A stretch of DNA of 64,000 nt from Anaerolineales bacterium (GTDB lineage: Bacteria > Chloroflexota > Anaerolineae > Anaerolineales > E44-bin32): NCBI GenBank assembly GCA_034430395.1, contig DAOUEQ010000052.1:17896-81895 (forward strand), read 5' to 3'. The translations under genes and the position numbers were made by a program. This document shows positions 39,946-49,118 of this stretch, piece by piece (the stretch's first letter is position 1; the number at the start of each line of letters is the position of its first letter). The notes under the pieces are model-generated. The model had not been told where the DNA came from, made no database searches, and saw only the letters and a list, made by a program, of their open reading frames with translations.

Positions 39946-41646
39946 TTATGCAAAACCTAACAAATGCCCCAACTGAAAGACAAGGGTCGCAACGAGCCAA
40001 GCCATCCCGGTCTGGCTCACCGCGGAAAATAATGCCCACCAACCTCCGAATTCCGTGCGGATCGCCCCCAGTGTGGCCATGCAGGGGGTGTATAACGAAA
40101 CGAATACGATGAACGCCAAAGCGGAAAGTGGTGTGAAGGAATCTTGTAACACAGAACTGAGAGCGGTACCCTCTTCTTCTCTCTCGCCTTCGCCTGCGAA
40201 TAACGGAACCCCGGGAGTGAAGGTGTCCAATAACCGCTCCCCTGCGCGAATAGTGGCCACAATAAAACCTCTGCCAATGTCTACCAAATCCTGAAGCGGT
40301 TTGATTTCACTTTTCGCATCGGTCTCTCCGGGCTCGTCCAGATAGATCTGGGTCATCGTCGCGATCACCAGTTCTTTTGCGACCATGCCCGTTATGAGCG
40401 ATCCTGAAGCCTCCCAGGTTCCAAAACCTGCGGGCTTTAACACAGGGGAAACAAAGCTACTAACTTTCCCGAATGCACTCTGCTCCAAACTAGAACTTTT
40501 AGGTGGGACGTTCAGAAGCAACCACACAACCAGAGATGCAGCCAAAATCAGCGTCCCTGCATTGCGCAAAAATTCACCCGTCCTCAATGAAACATGGATC
40601 CACAAATTACTCAATCTTGGTAGGCGATAAGAGGGTAGCTCCATCAGGAAGGCCATCTCTTCAGATGATCGAAGCAGCGTGCGCGAGTAGAAGAAACCCA
40701 ACAAGACCGCCGTGGCAATTCCGAGTGCATACAAACCCCATATGACCCGATCCGCACTTTGCCCGAAGAATGCCATTCCGAACACAACATATACTGGAAG
40801 CCGCGCTGAGCACGACATTAAAGGCACCAGCAACGCAGTGAGTAAGCGGTCACGGCGACCATTCAGTGTCCGCGTGGCATAAATCCCAGGGACCGCACAA
40901 CCAAAGCCAAGGATTAATGGCACGAAGCTCTTTCCCGTTAGCCCCAAGAATGAAAGGAAGCGATTCATCACAAACGCGACGCGAGCCAGGTACCCGCTAT
41001 CTTCAAGTAAGCTAATGAAAGCAAATAAAACAACGAGACCCGGAACAAAAATCAGAACACCACCAACACCTGCAATGGCACCATCCAGGATTAACCCACG
41101 CAACCAGATGGAGGCTCCAATTGAAGATAGCAAAGCTCCTGCCCAGCTAGAAATCGGTCCCGAAATAACCGCATCGATCCACTCCAGGTACGGCTCCGAG
41201 ACATTCACAACCAGACTGAAGACCAGGTACATCACCATCATAAATATCGGAATCCCCAGCCATGGATGGGTGACGACGCGATCTGCCCGCTCCATGCGCG
41301 AGTTGGCAAGTACCTTTGGGCGCTTGAGTGACTGTTCCACGACCCTGCCCACAAGCTCATAGCGTCTGTCGGCCATGGCAATATCCAGCCCTTCGGGGAC
41401 CTGCTCCTCCAGCCTCTTGCGGATCGAACGAACCCGTTCCAGGACAACACTGGCATCTTCGACGCCGAGAATGTGTTCAAGAAGGTCTATCTCCCCTTCG
41501 AGCACCTTTACGGCGAGCCAGCGCGGTTTAATTTGCTCCGGGAGCACAAAGCGCTCTTCAATGAGCGCTCTCAAGTTCTCGATTTCAGGCTCGATCACAG
41601 GTCCATAATCGATTTGAAAAAAAGGGTTGGATTTGGGCTTGGTCAT
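39946..41646 (-). CDS. feoB: FeoB helical (GDI-like) domain plus membrane part, locus 2
   Basis: N-terminus IENLRALIEE...PRWLAVKVLEGE (helical domain), then a polytopic FeoB core (YLARVAFVMNRF, GFGCAVPG). Confidence 0.85.
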   Translation of the reverse strand: MTKPKSNPFFQIDYGPVIEPEIENLRALIEERFVLPEQIKPRWLAVKVLEGEIDLLEHILGVEDASVVLERVRSIRKRLEEQVPEGLDIAMADRRYELVGRVVEQSLKRPKVLANSRMERADRVVTHPWLGIPIFMMVMYLVFSLVVNVSEPYLEWIDAVISGPISSWAGALLSSIGASIWLRGLILDGAIAGVGGVLIFVPGLVVLFAFISLLEDSGYLARVAFVMNRFLSFLGLTGKSFVPLILGFGCAVPGIYATRTLNGRRDRLLTALLVPLMSCSARLPVYVVFGMAFFGQSADRVIWGLYALGIATAVLLGFFYSRTLLRSSEEMAFLMELPSYRLPRLSNLWIHVSLRTGEFLRNAGTLILAASLVVWLLLNVPPKSSSLEQSAFGKVSSFVSPVLKPAGFGTWEASGSLITGMVAKELVIATMTQIYLDEPGETDAKSEIKPLQDLVDIGRGFIVATIRAGERLLDTFTPGVPLFAGEGEREEEGTALSSVLQDSFTPLSALAFIVFVSLYTPCMATLGAIRTEFGGWWALFSAVSQTGMAWLVATLVFQLGHLLGFA

Positions 41647-42191
41647 ACAATTGGATCCGGTGTTCGTTCTTTGGATTTTTGTTTCGTATAAAGTAGTATC
41701 GCCTCTTTCAATTCTTCAATGCCCTTGCCTCGAGCGGCTACCATCCCGATCACCGGGACACCGCCCAGCTCCTCTGACAAGTTGTCGATATCAATCTCGA
41801 AACCAATCGTTTCTGCCATATCCGTCATATTCAAAGCTACCAGCACTGGAAGTTGCAGTTCAAGGATCTGCACTACAAGATATAAGTTCCGCTCCAGATT
41901 TGAGGCATCGACCACGACCACGACGATGTCTGCTTGCCCCTCAAGTAAATAGTCGCGCGCTACAATCTCCTCTTCGGAATACGCCGCCAGGCTGTACGTC
42001 CCCGGCAGGTCCATGACCTCTATCCACATGCCAGCGTGTGTATACCGACCGCTTTTTCGCTCGATCGTTTTACCGGGCCAGTTTCCGGTATGCTGCCGCG
42101 AGCCGGTGAGATGATTAAATACTGTAGTCTTCCCGGAATTTGGGTTTCCCGTCAAAGCAATTGTCAGATCTGTATTACGCCTCATCTTCAT
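41643..42191 (-). CDS. feoB: FeoB GTPase domain only, locus 2
   Basis: G1 GNPNSGKTT, G3 DLPG, G4 NMTD; 182 aa. 4-nt overlap with the downstream membrane part. Confidence 0.85.
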   Translation of the reverse strand: MKMRRNTDLTIALTGNPNSGKTTVFNHLTGSRQHTGNWPGKTIERKSGRYTHAGMWIEVMDLPGTYSLAAYSEEEIVARDYLLEGQADIVVVVVDASNLERNLYLVVQILELQLPVLVALNMTDMAETIGFEIDIDNLSEELGGVPVIGMVAARGKGIEELKEAILLYTKQKSKERTPDPIV

Positions 42192-42594
42192 CTCTATCGG
42201 ATCGCATCGGATCTACACCATGGGACAAATTTCTTCTTCGCCTTCTAGGTCGACGACTTCTTCTTCCCCGATCTCTTGGTCCGCCCCCATGACCCCAACG
42301 GCGCCAGCCCTTCCGCCAATGTAATAACTCAGGCATCGGTTCCAGAGGGGTGACGAATAAATGATGGGCTACCCTGCGATCAATCGCCAACTGTGATCCT
42401 CGCACCCGCAGCAACAGCGGTTGCCCGGGATCCGCCTGAACAACTGTGATCTCAGTGCCAGGGTTTATTCCCATTTCTGCCAAGCGCCGAGACCTGCGAC
42501 CATGGTGCGTAAATCCAACCATGCGCACGCGGCCACCCGACGGCACATCGCTGAGAAGCCTAGTTTTGTATTCGCGTTCTGTCTCTGGGCTCAA
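42175..42594 (-). CDS. feoA: FeoA-domain protein with Arg-rich C-terminal tail
   Basis: GGRVRMVGF......RRLAEMGINPGTEITV FeoA fold, then RDRGRRSRRPRRRRRN. Overlaps the feoB G-domain gene by 17 nt. Confidence 0.7.
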   Translation of the reverse strand: MSPETEREYKTRLLSDVPSGGRVRMVGFTHHGRRSRRLAEMGINPGTEITVVQADPGQPLLLRVRGSQLAIDRRVAHHLFVTPLEPMPELLHWRKGWRRWGHGGGPRDRGRRSRRPRRRRRNLSHGVDPMRSDRDEDEA

Positions 42595-42597
42595 AAC

Positions 42598-43314
42598 TCA
42601 CTCCATTTCGTTGTCTTCCACCAGCTCGATGAGAATATGCTCTGCCACCTCACGACCTATAACCTGTTCCTCTCCATCCACTAAGACCGAGCGAGGCCCG
42701 TCATATGGCGCGATCTCCTCGATGCAAACCCGGACACCGGGTCGAACTGTACGAGCATCAAGATACTCCAATATCTCACCATCCTCCTCGCGAATACACA
42801 GAACTACTCCATCCTGTCCGACGTCGAGATCAGAAAGTAGCGTCGCAGTCCTAACTTCAAATACGCCCTGGGAAGGCGGGATAGGATTGCCATGTGGGCA
42901 AAAAGAGGGGAAGCCAAGATACTTATCTAGCGCATCCGTCAGCACATCTTCGCTAACATGCTCTAACTGACAGGCATAATCATGGACAAGCTTCCAGGGA
43001 AGCCCGAGGTGCTCCACCAAAAAACATTCCCATAAGCGGTGCCGCCGCAGAATGCCCCCCGCCCGGTCCCAGCCATCAGCAGTCAGCCGCACCCCCTTGT
43101 ATGGCGTATGCTCCAACAAACCGCGATCCTGAAGTCGGTGCACCATCTCGCTTGCGGAAACCGTTGAGATCCGAAGCCGCTCAGCGATATTTGGAACTGG
43201 AACGAGATTCCCATGACGGGAAATCTCGGCGATTGTTTTCAAATACATCTCTTCGCTTTCAGCGAACTCGTGCAACTCTTTCATGCTACTTCCCCTGAGC
43301 AAGTAACTCCGCAT
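42598..43314 (-). CDS. DtxR-family metal-dependent regulator with C-terminal FeoA/SH3-like domain
   Basis: MYLKTIAEI, SASEMVHRL, HRLWECFL, CPHGNPIP. The likely true start is the ATG at 43284 (MKELHEF) after GGGGAAG. Confidence 0.85.
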   Translation of the reverse strand: MRSYLLRGSSMKELHEFAESEEMYLKTIAEISRHGNLVPVPNIAERLRISTVSASEMVHRLQDRGLLEHTPYKGVRLTADGWDRAGGILRRHRLWECFLVEHLGLPWKLVHDYACQLEHVSEDVLTDALDKYLGFPSFCPHGNPIPPSQGVFEVRTATLLSDLDVGQDGVVLCIREEDGEILEYLDARTVRPGVRVCIEEIAPYDGPRSVLVDGEEQVIGREVAEHILIELVEDNEME

Positions 43315-43337
43315 CCCCCATAAAGGGAATCTAATAA

Positions 43338-43356
43338 TTAGGATACCCTTATATTA
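43338..43356. promoter_or_regulatory. candidate DtxR-type operator TTAGGATACCCTTATATTA
   Basis: 14/19 identical to the C. diphtheriae tox operator TTAGGATAGCTTTACCTAA (recalled from memory). 55-70 nt upstream of the probable start of the DtxR-feoA-feoB operon. Confidence 0.4.
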
Positions 43357-43546
43357 ACTCAAAAGGCCGCCCTGACAATATGACGGGTGTCATATGCCAA
43401 CAGCGACGTCCATCCACGGATGAATTCCGCACAAGCGTCTTTGGGGTGTTTTCTTGAGATCAATCGATGAATATCGAATGCAGGTTCATCTCTCTCCGCT
43501 GTTCACTCGGAAAGATACAGGAAGGGGGGAGTGTTCTTTCTGCCAG

Positions 43547-44644
43547 CTATGGGCTTGGGGGATGAGTCAGGTCTACCGGTGTGGGAGTCGGCTCGATCAC
43601 GAACCCGTTCCGGCCGTGGAAGGTCAGGAAATTTACCCTGCCGGGGAGAAGCAGGAATTGCGCCGTAAATGGCCGTCCTACAAAATCAATTCTGATTTCA
43701 TAAGGACCTGCAGGGAGGTCGCCGATTACAAAATTCTCGTTATAGAAATCATCCGGATGAACCGTGCCTTCGGCATAGGTCCATACGTCCCAACGCTGGT
43801 CTGTTTCAAGAGATCGAATCTGGATCAATTGCTCGTGAAGATCCCTGCCATAGGAGTTCTTTACGCTGCCCGCCAAGGTCCCCCAACCCTCCGGGGGAAC
43901 CATCCACAATTCGGGGTTGCGAGTGCTGAAGTAGCGATTTTCTCCCAGTCGAACTTCAAAATGAAGGTGAGGGCCAGTAGCGTGCCCTGTCTCACCTACG
44001 GTTCCCAGCAAATCTCCCATCATCACCCGTTGGCCACTCCAGACTGAGATCGATCCTAAATGTGCGTATACAGTGTAGAGTGGCTGGCCCTGATAACCGA
44101 AATCGTGACGAACCGCTATCGCAAGGCCGTAAGGGTCTGTCGGATCTTCAATTCCGCGGTACAAGCCATACCCGGCCCAGACCACCTCACCGGGACCGGC
44201 TGCCAAAACCTGTGTGCCCCGCTCTGCGCCCATATCAACCCCTGTATGCATCGTCTCCGCGCCAAATAACGTGCTGCCGTATCGGTATTGCGCGTTAGGC
44301 CAATTGACCTCCCCCGAGGGGATGGGGCGACCGAAGAAAAAATGGTCCTCCGGTTGTATTGCCCATGGCGCGGGATAGGGCGGGGGGCGCCATGCCCTCT
44401 CTGGCTCTGGAACTGTCGTCGGGAAGACCAGGGGTCGCGGCGCTGCGGGCATGGGGGCTTCCCGGCGGGCTCCTTCTGCGCTCAGCGGTGTCACCCGCGG
44501 CTCAACCGCAAGTGTTGCGGTCGGCGTAGCGCTCATCACGGGCTTTTCCACCACAGGCGATACTCCAGTAGACATACAAGCGCCCAACAACAACCCGACA
44601 AAAAGGTTGATGATTACATCACGGCATATCATTCTATGCTTCAT
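43547..44644 (-). CDS. M23-family metallopeptidase, membrane-anchored
   Basis: N-terminal TM, Pro-rich linker, HTGVDMG, YAHL, GPHLHFEVR, extra C-terminal beta domain. Confidence 0.8.
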   Translation of the reverse strand: MKHRMICRDVIINLFVGLLLGACMSTGVSPVVEKPVMSATPTATLAVEPRVTPLSAEGARREAPMPAAPRPLVFPTTVPEPERAWRPPPYPAPWAIQPEDHFFFGRPIPSGEVNWPNAQYRYGSTLFGAETMHTGVDMGAERGTQVLAAGPGEVVWAGYGLYRGIEDPTDPYGLAIAVRHDFGYQGQPLYTVYAHLGSISVWSGQRVMMGDLLGTVGETGHATGPHLHFEVRLGENRYFSTRNPELWMVPPEGWGTLAGSVKNSYGRDLHEQLIQIRSLETDQRWDVWTYAEGTVHPDDFYNENFVIGDLPAGPYEIRIDFVGRPFTAQFLLLPGRVNFLTFHGRNGFVIEPTPTPVDLTHPPSP

Positions 44645-45035
44645 TCCGATACTTACCCTAACAACCGAGGTTCTTCGTCCCCTACGGACGCTCAGCGTAA
44701 CATACCTGAGCTGTTATACCGCCACTACATCTTGCGCTACTGGCGAGATTATCCAAATAGGAATCCTGGCATAGTGATCTCGGTTTGATTCTCGACGCTT
44801 GGCACAGTCTATCACTATCGATTCATGCGAGGATCATGCAAGAACAATGCCACCCAAGAGAGCATGTTTGAACGTCTCCTGTGCACAAACCGGATCGAGC
44901 GTTTAAGAAATCACGTTAGCGAAAACCTGGCCCTCAGTTTCCCATCAACGATCATGCGATGAGCCCATAATTTGCTCCCCTTCTTGACCGTGAACTTCCT
45001 CGCTGATATGATCACGAGCCGGAGACCCTCAGAAA

Positions 45036-46151
45036 ATGCGCACGGGTTACATTCGCCCTAACCAAGATCGCTTAACTCCGATTGCCGGCCGCATCAACAT
45101 CGTCCTGGCAAGTGTGTTTCTAATTCTTGCGGCGAGCTGCACAACGGGTTCAGACCCGGAGACTCTTTCCCCTGGCACCGCTACAGGTGATGGGACCACG
45201 TCCATCGAGACGGCAGCGCCAGGTCCCGTAAGCACACTAAACCCCGAAATGCTGCCTTCCTTCAACACCCCCGGAGGGACCGGCGGCATTTACATTAAAG
45301 CCGATCTACATACGATCATCCCCGACCGACCGCGACTCGATATCCTTAAGTATCTGGTTCAAGAAGGGGACACCCTGTTTGGCATCGCAGAAAAATATGG
45401 TCTTAAAGCAGAGTCTATTCTATGGGGAAATTGGTACACACTCGAGCAAGATCCACATACACTTAAGCCGGGCCAAGAACTCAATGTCCCACCCATCGAT
45501 GGCGTCCTATACTCCTGGTCGGAAGGCGATAATATCTCTAAGGTAGCCGATTCTTTTCACGCTGAGCCGGAGGCACTCATCGAATGGCCCGGGAACCACA
45601 TCGCCTTCGATGTGGACTACGCCAATCCGGAAATCGAGGAGGGCTCGCTCATCCTCATACCAGGTGGACGACGCGATGCGCCGACCTGGCAGATGGTCAC
45701 CATCACGCGCTCCAACCCGGCCGCGGCCAGCATCTTAGGGCCGGGATTCTGCGGCTCTGTGTCCAGCGGTCCAATTGGGACGGGCGTGTTCGACTGGCCG
45801 ACTTCCTCACGGTGGATCTCGGGGTACAACTACATTCCTGGCGTCCATGAAGCGATTGACATTGGAGGCGCCATCGGACATGGCATTTTCGCCTCCGATA
45901 ACGGTGTCGTAGTTTATTCGGGTTGGAATAATTATGGCTATGGCTATGTTGTTGTGATCGACCACGGAAACGGCTGGCAGACACTCTATGCCCACCTCGA
46001 CACGATTAATGTCGGCTGCGGCCAAGCTGTCTTCAAGGGCGGCACAATCGGCACAATGGGGGTCACCGGAAACTCGTCCGGCCCTCACCTGCATTTCGAA
46101 ATGCGCAGCGAGCTTTGGGGGCGAGTAAACCCGCATAATTTCCTGCCCTGA
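45036..46151 (+). CDS. LysM-domain M23 metallopeptidase
   Basis: Two LysM-like repeats (VQEGDTLFGIAEKYGL; SEGDNISKVADSF), HEAIDIG, YAHLD, GPHLHFEMR. Confidence 0.85.
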   Translation: MRTGYIRPNQDRLTPIAGRINIVLASVFLILAASCTTGSDPETLSPGTATGDGTTSIETAAPGPVSTLNPEMLPSFNTPGGTGGIYIKADLHTIIPDRPRLDILKYLVQEGDTLFGIAEKYGLKAESILWGNWYTLEQDPHTLKPGQELNVPPIDGVLYSWSEGDNISKVADSFHAEPEALIEWPGNHIAFDVDYANPEIEEGSLILIPGGRRDAPTWQMVTITRSNPAAASILGPGFCGSVSSGPIGTGVFDWPTSSRWISGYNYIPGVHEAIDIGGAIGHGIFASDNGVVVYSGWNNYGYGYVVVIDHGNGWQTLYAHLDTINVGCGQAVFKGGTIGTMGVTGNSSGPHLHFEMRSELWGRVNPHNFLP

Positions 46152-46186
46152 GCGGCTGAGCTCTATGCAGAATAGAATAACATCTT

Positions 46187-46208
46187 GGGGCGCCTCTATT
46201 TGCGCCCC
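46187..46208 (+). terminator. hairpin GGGGCGC-N8-GCGCCCC after the LysM-M23 gene
   Basis: 7-bp GC stem 36 nt after the stop, followed by A/T-rich ATTACTTATT with no clean U-tract. Confidence 0.4.
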
Positions 46209-46520
46209 ATTACTTATTCAGTCAATGGACACGACGATGAACTGCATCTCGTCATTGGCTATAAATACGTTCAATTGATCTTCAATCGTTGAAGCCCTTC
46301 GGTTCCACTGCAACCTTAAAAACCCCGGCACACACGAACAGGTGGCGGAGATGGTTGCGTGATTTCAACAGCCCGGTGCAATGACGGGATGCATAACTGT
46401 CAGCGTGAAAAATAACATGGTGCGAGGTTGTCGAATCGCAGGGCAATACATCAACAACTTGGGGTGCAAAAGAGGGTTGAAAGTAGTACAGTGTTTGTAG
46501 TCAAAGAAAGGTGTTCTTGC

Positions 46521-47657
46521 ATGGATTTGCGTCAACTCTTCCTCCTCGACCCCGCTGTAACGTACTTGAATCACGGATCCTTCGGCGCTTGCCCAAAGCC
46601 TGTATTCCAGGCATATCAGGGATGGCAACTCGAACTCGAGCGCCAGCCGGTGGATTTCCTCAACCGAAAGGCGCCAGGATTAATGGCTGAGGCACGTGGC
46701 GCTCTAGCTGAGTACGTCGGCTGTGGGGCGGATGACCTGGTGTACTTCCCTAACCCCACAACGGCGATCAACATGGTTGCGCGCAGCCTGAAACTTGGAG
46801 CCGGAGACGAAATCCTGACAACGGATCACGAATACGGCGCTGTGAACCGGACCTGGCGCTTTATCTGCAATCAGAGTGGCGCACGCTACATCAGGCGTGC
46901 GGTCCCGCTTCCTCTTTGTGAAGACGAGGCCTTTATTGAACATTTTTGGTCCGGCGTAAACAAACACACCCGCGTAATCTTTATCAGCCACATCACCAGT
47001 CCGACGGCACTTAAATTTCCCGTGAAGGAGATTTGTGCTCGGGCGCGCGAGGCTGGACTCTTAACCATTGTCGACGGCGCTCATGCCCCGGGTCAAATTC
47101 CTCTCAATCTTAAAGAACTCGGCGCCGATGTTTACACCGGCGCCTGTCATAAATGGCTCTGCGCTCCAAAAGGTGCCTCTTTCCTGTACGCGCGCCCGGA
47201 AGTGAGGGATATTCTCGAGCCTCTGGTAGTGAGCTGGGGCTGGGAGGCGGAGCAACCTGGAGCATCACGTTTTATTGATTATCACGAATGGCAGGGCACG
47301 CGCGATATAGCGGCTTTTCTGTCCGTCCCTGCCGCTATCGAATTTCAACGCAAATATCGGTGGGATGATGTGCGCCGCCACTGCATTGAACTTGCTGCAG
47401 AGACGAGGGATCGTCTGCTTGAAATTATTGGGACCGCCAGGTTGACTGGATCACAGGAGTGGACGTTGCAGATGGCTGCGGTTGAACTGCCAGAACCCAA
47501 TCACGATATCCAACACAAACTGCTTGAGGAGCATAATATCGAGATCGCCGTCCAAAAATGGTCTGGTCGCTCCTACATGCGTTTTTCTTTTCAAGGTTAC
47601 AACAACCGTGAGGATGCCAATGCGCTGATTAATGCGGTTCAGACTCTTTACTCTTAA
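46521..47657 (+). CDS. class V aminotransferase-fold PLP enzyme (cysteine desulfurase / isopenicillin-N epimerase-like)
   Basis: YLNHGSFG start motif, DGAHAPG, CHKWL (PLP Lys). Start trimmed to MDLRQLF at 46521. Confidence 0.75.
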   Translation: MDLRQLFLLDPAVTYLNHGSFGACPKPVFQAYQGWQLELERQPVDFLNRKAPGLMAEARGALAEYVGCGADDLVYFPNPTTAINMVARSLKLGAGDEILTTDHEYGAVNRTWRFICNQSGARYIRRAVPLPLCEDEAFIEHFWSGVNKHTRVIFISHITSPTALKFPVKEICARAREAGLLTIVDGAHAPGQIPLNLKELGADVYTGACHKWLCAPKGASFLYARPEVRDILEPLVVSWGWEAEQPGASRFIDYHEWQGTRDIAAFLSVPAAIEFQRKYRWDDVRRHCIELAAETRDRLLEIIGTARLTGSQEWTLQMAAVELPEPNHDIQHKLLEEHNIEIAVQKWSGRSYMRFSFQGYNNREDANALINAVQTLYS

Positions 47658-47793
47658 TCGCGTGCACTGCGGGAGCATTAAATTGAAAGACGGAGGCGTG
47701 GACAATGACCGTCGGAATACTCCTGCGCAAACCAGTCGCCCTTCCATTTGCCCTTCTTGCCATCTCAATGGACAATCCCAAAATCACCATCCT

Positions 47794-48330
47794 ATGAAAA
47801 AGCTCAAGATCGATTGGACAATGGTTGCCCTTTCCGCCGTGGCGCTCGCCCTGGCGGGCGTTGCCTGGTGGAAGGGCGGTCAGGACCTCGCTCTGGAGGG
47901 GCTTCGCCAGGGCTTTCAAACTCTTGTGTCGGTCACGCCGATGCTACTCGCGGCTTTTCTGACAGCTGGCTTAACGAACGTTCTTATCTCCAAGGAGCTG
48001 GTGGAGCGCTGGCTCACGACAAGTGCGGGCTGGAGGGGCATCCTGCTTGGCTGCATCGGGGGTGCACTGATACCCGGGGGGCCCTACGTTTACTACCCGA
48101 TTGCCGGCAGCCTGCTGCAATCCGGCGCGGGCTTGGGCGTGCTCGTGGCTTTCGTCATGGCCAAGAATCTTTGGTCGATCTCACGGCTTCCTTACGAGTT
48201 CGCTCTCTTAGGGCCACACCTGACGCTCGTGCGTTACGGTCTAACGCTGATCTTCCCACCGTTGCTCGGCTACCTCACTGAAACGCTGTTTGGGAACACC
48301 ATCGAGCGCATACGCGAGGCTATCCAGTGA
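47794..48330 (+). CDS. permease half-protein (DUF318/ArsP-like), first half
   Basis: About 5 TMs with the LIPGGPYVYYPIAGSLLQSGAGLG motif. Start trimmed to MKKLKIDW. Confidence 0.5.
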   Translation: MKKLKIDWTMVALSAVALALAGVAWWKGGQDLALEGLRQGFQTLVSVTPMLLAAFLTAGLTNVLISKELVERWLTTSAGWRGILLGCIGGALIPGGPYVYYPIAGSLLQSGAGLGVLVAFVMAKNLWSISRLPYEFALLGPHLTLVRYGLTLIFPPLLGYLTETLFGNTIERIREAIQ

Positions 48331-48812
48331 TCGAGTCCACCATCACCCTAATCTTGATCGCACTTTTCCTTCTACTAATCGCCTGGCGCCGCCATGACGG
48401 CAGCCACGTTAAGGGCGCCCGAGTCGGTTTGCAGACCCTTAGGCGCACCCTACCGCTGCTGGTCATCGCCTTCATCATCGTCGGCTACGTAAATGCCCTC
48501 GAACCCCAATCCCTGGTTCAAAATTGGATAGGACCCGGAACAGGACTGCAAGGCGTACTAATCGGGACAGCCGCCGGCATGCTCCTTCCCGGCGGACCTT
48601 ACGTCGTCTTTCCGCTCATCGCCATCCTTTTCCAATCCGGTGCCGGGCTGGGTCCGACGTTGGCGATGATCACCTCCTGGGCGGCTATCGCCTTGCTTAG
48701 CGTATCCTTCGAACTCCCTTTTTTAGGCTGGCGCTTCACCAGAATCCGACTCGGATTCGGCCTGTTAGTCCCCATCCTGGTTGGATTACTGGGAATATTG
48801 TTTGTTGGGTGA
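48327..48812 (+). CDS. permease half-protein (DUF318/ArsP-like), second half
   Basis: Paralogous motif LLPGGPYVVFPLIAILFQSGAGLG; GTGA overlap with the first half. Confidence 0.5.
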   Translation: MIESTITLILIALFLLLIAWRRHDGSHVKGARVGLQTLRRTLPLLVIAFIIVGYVNALEPQSLVQNWIGPGTGLQGVLIGTAAGMLLPGGPYVVFPLIAILFQSGAGLGPTLAMITSWAAIALLSVSFELPFLGWRFTRIRLGFGLLVPILVGLLGILFVG

Positions 48813-49118
48813 GGCGTTCTAAATTTTCCGATCTGCCATAAGCTGGTCCACCTGTGCGTCTTTACATCATCTTGCTTAGCGATAGCTCTGGGGCGCTCAT
48901 TAAAAGTAAAAGAAATGAGGCGCAGTTTCATCGCACCTTCCCGCGCCAAAGTCCCCGCAACACCTGTATATACATATACCTGAGTACCACCGCAGCGCTG
49001 TAACATCGAACCCGATTATCCGTTATCCATAATAGGAACAATCTCTGGTTAAAAGCCAGCGGCTATTTATGCTCCTATTAATAGCGATCCGCTCTGATCG
49101 CGCAAGGAGGTTGTAGAA

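Noticed and set aside
44645-45035. Possible cell-wall-hydrolase riboswitch (ydaO/c-di-AMP type) in the 390-nt spacer between the divergent M23 peptidase genes.
   Set aside because: I could not find the conserved ydaO core segments or any convincing pseudo-symmetric structure by eye. It would need an Infernal scan to exclude properly.
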